Position numbers and translations under genes: made by a program. From Flavipsychrobacter sp. (GTDB taxonomy: Bacteria; Bacteroidota; Bacteroidia; Chitinophagales; Chitinophagaceae), in contig DATJDL010000014.1 in assembly GCA_035497455.1 (NCBI GenBank), positions 42,700 through 106,699 of the forward strand: a stretch of 64,000 bases of DNA. Direction: 5' to 3'. The notes below the pieces were generated by a model that saw only the letters and a program-made list of their open reading frames with translations, had not been told where the DNA came from and searched no databases. The first letter of the stretch is position 1, and every line of letters begins with the position of its first letter. Positions 59,156 through 64,000 of this stretch are shown one piece after another.

Positions 59156-61792
59156 ATGAAAATACTGGATATCAAAGTGATGAATGGTCCAAATTATTGG
59201 TCCTCCAGAAGGCACAACCTTATCGTTATGCTCCTCGATCTCGAAGAGCTGGAAGAAAAACCGACCAATCTTATTCCCGGTTTTCTACAGCGACTGAAAA
59301 CCCTGATGCCGTCTTTATATGATCATCGATGTTCAGAAAGCGTTCCGGGAGGTTTTTTTATGCGCGTGGAGGAAGGAACCTGGATGGGACATGTGATTGA
59401 GCATATTGCCTTGGAACTTCAGACGCTTGCCGGCATGGATACTGGTTTCGGGCGCACCCGCGAAAGCGATAAGAAAGGCGTCTATCATGTAGTTTTCTCT
59501 TATGTGGAGGCAAAAGCAGGAGAGTATACAGCCCGTGAATCGGTAAGAATTGCCGAGGCATTGATCAAAGGCGAAGAATTTGACCTGCAAGCATGTATAC
59601 AGCAACTGCGCGAATTGCGTGAAGATAACCGTCTCGGTCCCAGTACAGGTTCTATTGTAGAAGAAGCGCATCGCCGCAAAATTCCATGGATACGCCTTAA
59701 CAGCAGTTCGCTTGTACAACTGGGCTATGGTGTCAACCAGCGGAGAATCCAGGCGACTGTAGCCAGTACCACCAGCAGTATTGCAGTAGAGTTGGCTTGT
59801 GATAAAGAAGAGACCAAAAACCTGTTGGAGGCATCTGAAATACCAGTGCCGAAAGGAAGGATCGTATACAATGAAGAAGGATTGGAAGAAGCGATCAGAA
59901 AAATCGGCTACCCCATCGTGCTGAAACCCGTAAATGGAAATCATGGGAAGGGGGCAACCACTAACATTAAGACATGGGAAGAGGCTTTGGTCGCGTTAGA
60001 TGCAGCAAGAAAATACTCCCGTGCAATTATATGTGAAAAGTTCATTACCGGAAGGGATTTTCGTGTACTGGTTATCAATTATAAATACGTGGCAGCTGCG
60101 TTGCGCACGCCTGCTGCTGTTGTGGGGGATGGTGTAAGCACGGTGCAACAGCTTATAGATAAAGTTAACAGCGACCCGCGGCGTGGCTTCGGTCATGAAA
60201 AGGTATTGACGGCCATTAAGGTGGATCACTTTACAATGGACATGCTGGCAAAAAAAGATTACAATCTGGATACGGTCATAGCAAAAGGCGAAGAACTCTG
60301 GTTGAAGCCTACCGCGAATCTCAGCACAGGAGGGACGGCTACTGATGTAACGGATTATGTGCATCCCAGCAATATCTTTATGGCAGAGCGCATAGCTAAA
60401 ATTATCGGATTGAATATTTGCGGTATTGACATTATGGCGCCCGACCTCTCCCAGCCTATTGAAGAAAACGGAGGAGCGGTACTGGAGGTCAATGCAGCCC
60501 CCGGTTTCCGGATGCATCTGGATCCCACAGAAGGACTGCCGCGCAATGTGGCAGAGCCGGTAATTGATATGCTGTATCCTCCCGGAACAAGTGCCAGGAT
60601 ACCGATCATAGCAGTTTCAGGTACCAATGGAAAAACGACTACCACGCGTATGATCGCTCACATCGTCAAACAAATGGGCTTTAAAGTAGGTTATACTACT
60701 ACTGATGGGGTCTATATTCAAAACCAAATGATGGTACGTGGCGATTGTACCGGACCTAAATCAGCCGAATTTGTACTGCGGGACCCGACAGTCGATTTTG
60801 CTGTATTGGAATGTGCCCGCGGTGGCATTTTACGTGCAGGATTGGGCTTTCATACCTGCGATGTAGCCGTAGTGACGAATGTGGCTGAAGATCATTTGGG
60901 TCTGCAGGGTATCGATACCATAGAAAAGCTGGCAAGAGTGAAAGCAGTGGCAGCAAACACGGTCCGGGAATCCGGGTACGTCATACTCAATGCGGATGAT
61001 GACCTCGTTTACAAAATGAAAAATGAGGTTAAAGCCAAAGTAGCGTTATTCTCACTGGACGAAAACAACCCTCGCATCAAAGAACATTGTAAAGAGGGCG
61101 GTGTCGCAGCAATATACGAGCATGGTTATGTGACGATACTGAAAGGCACCTGGAAGATACGGGTGGATAAGGTAAGCGATATTCCCATTACGTTCTCTGG
61201 TAAAGCGCTCTTTAATATTGCCAATACCCTGGCAGCGATATTGGCTACTTATCTCTGCGAATTCAAAACGGAAGATATCCGTCAGGCCTTACAGACGTTT
61301 ATCCCGTCACCTGCTATGACGCCGGGACGCATGAACATGTTCCATTTCAAGGACTTTACAGTGATGCTGGACTATGCCCATAATACACACGGTATACAGG
61401 CGATCGGCAAATTTGTGGAAGCACAGACCGCACCTTTCAAAGTGGGTATTATAGCGGGAGTAGGAGACAGGCGCGATGAGGACATCATTGCAGTAGGAGA
61501 GGAGTCTGCTAAAATATTTGACGAGATCATCATCCGCCAGGATAAAAACCTGAGGGGCAGAACAGAGGAGGAGATGATAGAACTGATCACAAAGGGCATT
61601 CGTAATATTAAACCCGATATGGAAGTGAAAGACTTCCGCAAAGAGAGCGATGCGATAAATTATGCACTGCAAAATGCAAAGAAAGATTCCTTTATAGTTG
61701 TTATCAGTGACGTGGTGCCGGATGCATTGGATCAGGTAAAGCGATTCAAGGATATTGAAGATGGCGTAGAAATAGAAGAAAAAATAGTTTAG
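59156..61792 (+). CDS. cphA: Cyanophycin synthetase
   Basis: 878 aa. The N-terminus MKILDIKVMNGPNYWS is characteristic of CphA. It has an ATP-grasp central domain and a Mur-ligase-like C-terminal domain with P-loop AVSGTNGKTTTTRM (around 60619-60645). Confidence 0.92.
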   Translation: MKILDIKVMNGPNYWSSRRHNLIVMLLDLEELEEKPTNLIPGFLQRLKTLMPSLYDHRCSESVPGGFFMRVEEGTWMGHVIEHIALELQTLAGMDTGFGRTRESDKKGVYHVVFSYVEAKAGEYTARESVRIAEALIKGEEFDLQACIQQLRELREDNRLGPSTGSIVEEAHRRKIPWIRLNSSSLVQLGYGVNQRRIQATVASTTSSIAVELACDKEETKNLLEASEIPVPKGRIVYNEEGLEEAIRKIGYPIVLKPVNGNHGKGATTNIKTWEEALVALDAARKYSRAIICEKFITGRDFRVLVINYKYVAAALRTPAAVVGDGVSTVQQLIDKVNSDPRRGFGHEKVLTAIKVDHFTMDMLAKKDYNLDTVIAKGEELWLKPTANLSTGGTATDVTDYVHPSNIFMAERIAKIIGLNICGIDIMAPDLSQPIEENGGAVLEVNAAPGFRMHLDPTEGLPRNVAEPVIDMLYPPGTSARIPIIAVSGTNGKTTTTRMIAHIVKQMGFKVGYTTTDGVYIQNQMMVRGDCTGPKSAEFVLRDPTVDFAVLECARGGILRAGLGFHTCDVAVVTNVAEDHLGLQGIDTIEKLARVKAVAANTVRESGYVILNADDDLVYKMKNEVKAKVALFSLDENNPRIKEHCKEGGVAAIYEHGYVTILKGTWKIRVDKVSDIPITFSGKALFNIANTLAAILATYLCEFKTEDIRQALQTFIPSPAMTPGRMNMFHFKDFTVMLDYAHNTHGIQAIGKFVEAQTAPFKVGIIAGVGDRRDEDIIAVGEESAKIFDEIIIRQDKNLRGRTEEEMIELITKGIRNIKPDMEVKDFRKESDAINYALQNAKKDSFIVVISDVVPDALDQVKRFKDIEDGVEIEEKIV

Positions 61793-61821
61793 CAATATTG
61801 TTAATCACAGGAATGCAACTT

Positions 61822-61854
61822 GAGCACCGTATCATACGGTGCTCTTGATTTTTT
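61822..61854 (+). terminator. Rho-independent terminator after cphA
   Basis: 10-bp perfect stem gagcaccgta (61822-61831) / tacggtgctc (61835-61844), followed by ttgatttttt. Confidence 0.8.
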
Positions 61855-61901
61855 AAATCGTTATAATACTCTTGCTGAACGCACAGGTACGAAAGTTCCA
61901 G

Positions 61902-64000
61902 CTATGCCCTGTTTTTTGAATTCCGGTACCATACCAGTAACGTCACCAACAGCAAACTGCCCGCACCGATCCAATATACAAGTTTGGGAAACCCGGATGA
62001 CAAGGTAACAGGAGATATATCTCCCATAATGACTAAGCCTGCCCAATACTGGGGTGCCAACATTCTGCCCGGTGCATTTTGAAGATATTTGATTTTGGAG
62101 AGCCGGAGCGCCTCATCTTTACTCATCCCTTCCTGCAGGTTGTCATAAAATGCTTCGGTTATTAAGGTGCTTGATTGTTCATCGATTTTCCAAAGTCCGG
62201 TCAACATACTTTCGCTCCCTGCATAATTAAATGCATGCGCCATGGAGATCATTCCTTCTCCATCCTGGTAACCCGGTTTTCCTGATTCGCAGGCGGTGAG
62301 TACGGCCAGGTCCGAAACGAGGTTACAGTTATAAATATCATAGAGATATACGGAGTTTTCGCCGCTCATCTTTTTATCATCTTTAGCAAAAATGAGCCTG
62401 GAATATTCCGGGTAGTCATTGTTGCTTTCTGCATGTGTGCCTATATGGATGATATGGTGGTTACCGGCTTGCCGGCGAAATGTCTCGGGTGTAGAAGCAG
62501 CCTGTGTGAAAATGCTGCCACCTAATTTTTCCTGGATTTTCTGTGCCAGCTTTATTGTAAAGGGAAGCGGCAGCAAGGAAAGATAGGTCTTGTCCAAATT
62601 CAATGAATCGGCTTTGGCAAACAAGCGGTATTGCTGTTTGTCTTTTTCTGAAAAGCCCGGCGCAAAAGCAATGAAATTTCCTTTCATTGTTGCCTGCTTC
62701 TTCTCTGCCTGTAGCGCCAGCAAGCTGTATTGATAAGAAATGGCGTATGTATTCAGCAGGCATTTTTTCGATAGGTCAGCAAAATTGCGTGTAGCAACAG
62801 GCGTAAGCATTTCAAAGCTTACATTGTACAGTACATCGTCAGGTATGATGATTACGCGCTTATGTGTGATCTCTTTCTCGATCGGCTGCCATAGTAGTTG
62901 GTAAAGTTCGAAAGATAATTTGCCTGACTGTGAAGCGTCGTTGAGCGCGTCATTCAGCATGACGATCTTATCTGAAACTCCTGCGGAAGATAACGGGACA
63001 AGTACCTGTTTTTGCTTTGTCGCGACCAGTGCAAACAATTCCTGATTGGAGAAAATGTAGCGGATGATCGTCATATCGTTGGGGATCAGGTTGCTCAGTT
63101 CTTTCAGGGACAGATCTGCAGCTGCATAACGCATTTTATAGTACCTGGGATATTGAGTTTTTAACTGTTGCTGAAAGGTCTGCCATTCTTTTACAGCTTG
63201 CAGATAGACCAATACCTTATCATCGGCAGCGTTCGTTGCGTGTAATGCAGTTTGCATCCGCCCTTTCAGAGTCGTCTCCAGTAACTGCACACTGTCGGGC
63301 AGGTTGGCGAAACGGATCGCTTTTTGCCGATCCATGCGCGAGCGGATACGGGTATAAAGCGTGCTTTCGTGTATGCCTATTATTTCATCAATATATTTTT
63401 TGTTGTCAGAGAGTTTAAAGAGTTCATAGTTCAGGTGCTTGATGAAGTCTGTGAGTTCTTTATTTTCAGAAAGCAGTAGATTAATGTCTGTTTGCTCGGC
63501 AAGGATGGTTTTGCGATGCTCGATGATCTTGGTGGCTTCCTCTAAATCCAGAAGAATGGCTTGGATGGCTGTCGTATCATTTTTGGCGAGGAGCTTGTAT
63601 TGAGCCTTGGATTTCCATAGTATGAGCTTTGCTTTTTCAATCTCCAGGGAAACGCTGTCCATCACTTCTCGGGTGTTAGATAACAGCTTCTCTGAAGCTT
63701 TCAGTGCCCGCTCGCTGGTTTTCAGTACGGCATTGAAGTCTTTTGCTGCATATTGGGCACGGGCAAGCGACTGTAATTTTCTTACAGTAAGCGGTGCATT
63801 TTCACCTTGCATTTTCACTGCCTGATTTACAGCATTTCGGGCAATGAAGACCGCTTTATCGGCGCTGTTGTTTTCAGAATAGAATAAAACCAGACCATCC
63901 AGGAAACCAAAATAAAATTCATTGTACGCATCACCAACCGCTTTTTTGTTCAAACGATTCGCTTCTTCATAGAAAGAAGCAGAAAGTGCTGTCTGCTTTA
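61902..64000 (-). CDS. TPR-repeat CHAT-domain protein with C-terminal membrane anchor (5' end outside window)
   Basis: The reading frame stays open past the TTG at 63953 to the window edge. A caspase-like His/Cys dyad is present (IIHIGTHAE and LTACESGKPG). The N-terminal half is helical-repeat. C-terminal helix VYWIGAGSLLLVTLLVWY. Confidence 0.8.
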   Translation of the reverse strand, partial: KQTALSASFYEEANRLNKKAVGDAYNEFYFGFLDGLVLFYSENNSADKAVFIARNAVNQAVKMQGENAPLTVRKLQSLARAQYAAKDFNAVLKTSERALKASEKLLSNTREVMDSVSLEIEKAKLILWKSKAQYKLLAKNDTTAIQAILLDLEEATKIIEHRKTILAEQTDINLLLSENKELTDFIKHLNYELFKLSDNKKYIDEIIGIHESTLYTRIRSRMDRQKAIRFANLPDSVQLLETTLKGRMQTALHATNAADDKVLVYLQAVKEWQTFQQQLKTQYPRYYKMRYAAADLSLKELSNLIPNDMTIIRYIFSNQELFALVATKQKQVLVPLSSAGVSDKIVMLNDALNDASQSGKLSFELYQLLWQPIEKEITHKRVIIIPDDVLYNVSFEMLTPVATRNFADLSKKCLLNTYAISYQYSLLALQAEKKQATMKGNFIAFAPGFSEKDKQQYRLFAKADSLNLDKTYLSLLPLPFTIKLAQKIQEKLGGSIFTQAASTPETFRRQAGNHHIIHIGTHAESNNDYPEYSRLIFAKDDKKMSGENSVYLYDIYNCNLVSDLAVLTACESGKPGYQDGEGMISMAHAFNYAGSESMLTGLWKIDEQSSTLITEAFYDNLQEGMSKDEALRLSKIKYLQNAPGRMLAPQYWAGLVIMGDISPVTLSSGFPKLVYWIGAGSLLLVTLLVWYRNSKNRA

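Noticed and set aside
1-64000. A scan for CRISPR arrays, IS elements or transposases, integrases, phage genes, tRNA and rRNA genes.
   Set aside because: No spaced direct-repeat arrays, no terminal inverted repeats flanking ORFs, no DDE, tyrosine or serine recombinase motifs, and no tRNA- or rRNA-like sequence seen. The window looks like stable core chromosome.

Overview
This 64-kb window reads as core chromosome of a Bacteroidota bacterium, probably Chitinophagaceae- or Sphingobacteriia-like. The evidence is three proteins with type-A T9SS C-terminal sorting domains, 19 exact TAnnTTTG (-7 type) promoter boxes placed just upstream of start codons, the rplM-rpsI-rpsB and rimP-nusA-infB operons, and the Bacteroidota-typical block glmS / DUF4270 lipoprotein / half-size glycogen-synthase-like gene / divergent panC. 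I call 47 protein-coding genes. One of them, rpsB at the left edge, is missing from the ORF track because it runs off the window. The CHAT-domain gene at the right edge is also partial. About two thirds of the genes are housekeeping: translation (rpsB, rpsI, rplM, prfA, infB, nusA, rimP, rimM, engB, metG), C1/SAM metabolism (metF, metK), and envelope and sugar metabolism (glmS, a phosphohexomutase, lptB, Wzz/O-antigen ligase, a Wza-like exporter). I found no rRNA, tRNA, CRISPR array, transposase, integrase or phage genes. I do not see a convincing self-contained novel multi-gene system. The most unusual items are: (1) an orphan B12-type radical SAM enzyme with a non-canonical CX4CX2C motif, a TTG start and a large insertion; (2) a single-polypeptide UvrD helicase fused to a Cas4/AddB-like Fe-S nuclease, co-transcribed with a membrane J-domain protein; (3) a terminator-like hairpin that fills the leader of rimP-nusA-infB and could be a NusA-type attenuator; (4) a lipoprotein class D beta-lactamase with all catalytic motifs, plus a distant BlaR1-like M56 sensor with no BlaI partner; (5) a cyanophycin synthetase with no cyanophycinase nearby, next to a membrane-anchored TPR-CHAT protease; (6) a possible 62-aa membrane-peptide ORF coupled by an ATGA overlap to an aldehyde dehydrogenase. 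All functional calls come from motif recognition by eye. No database search was run.
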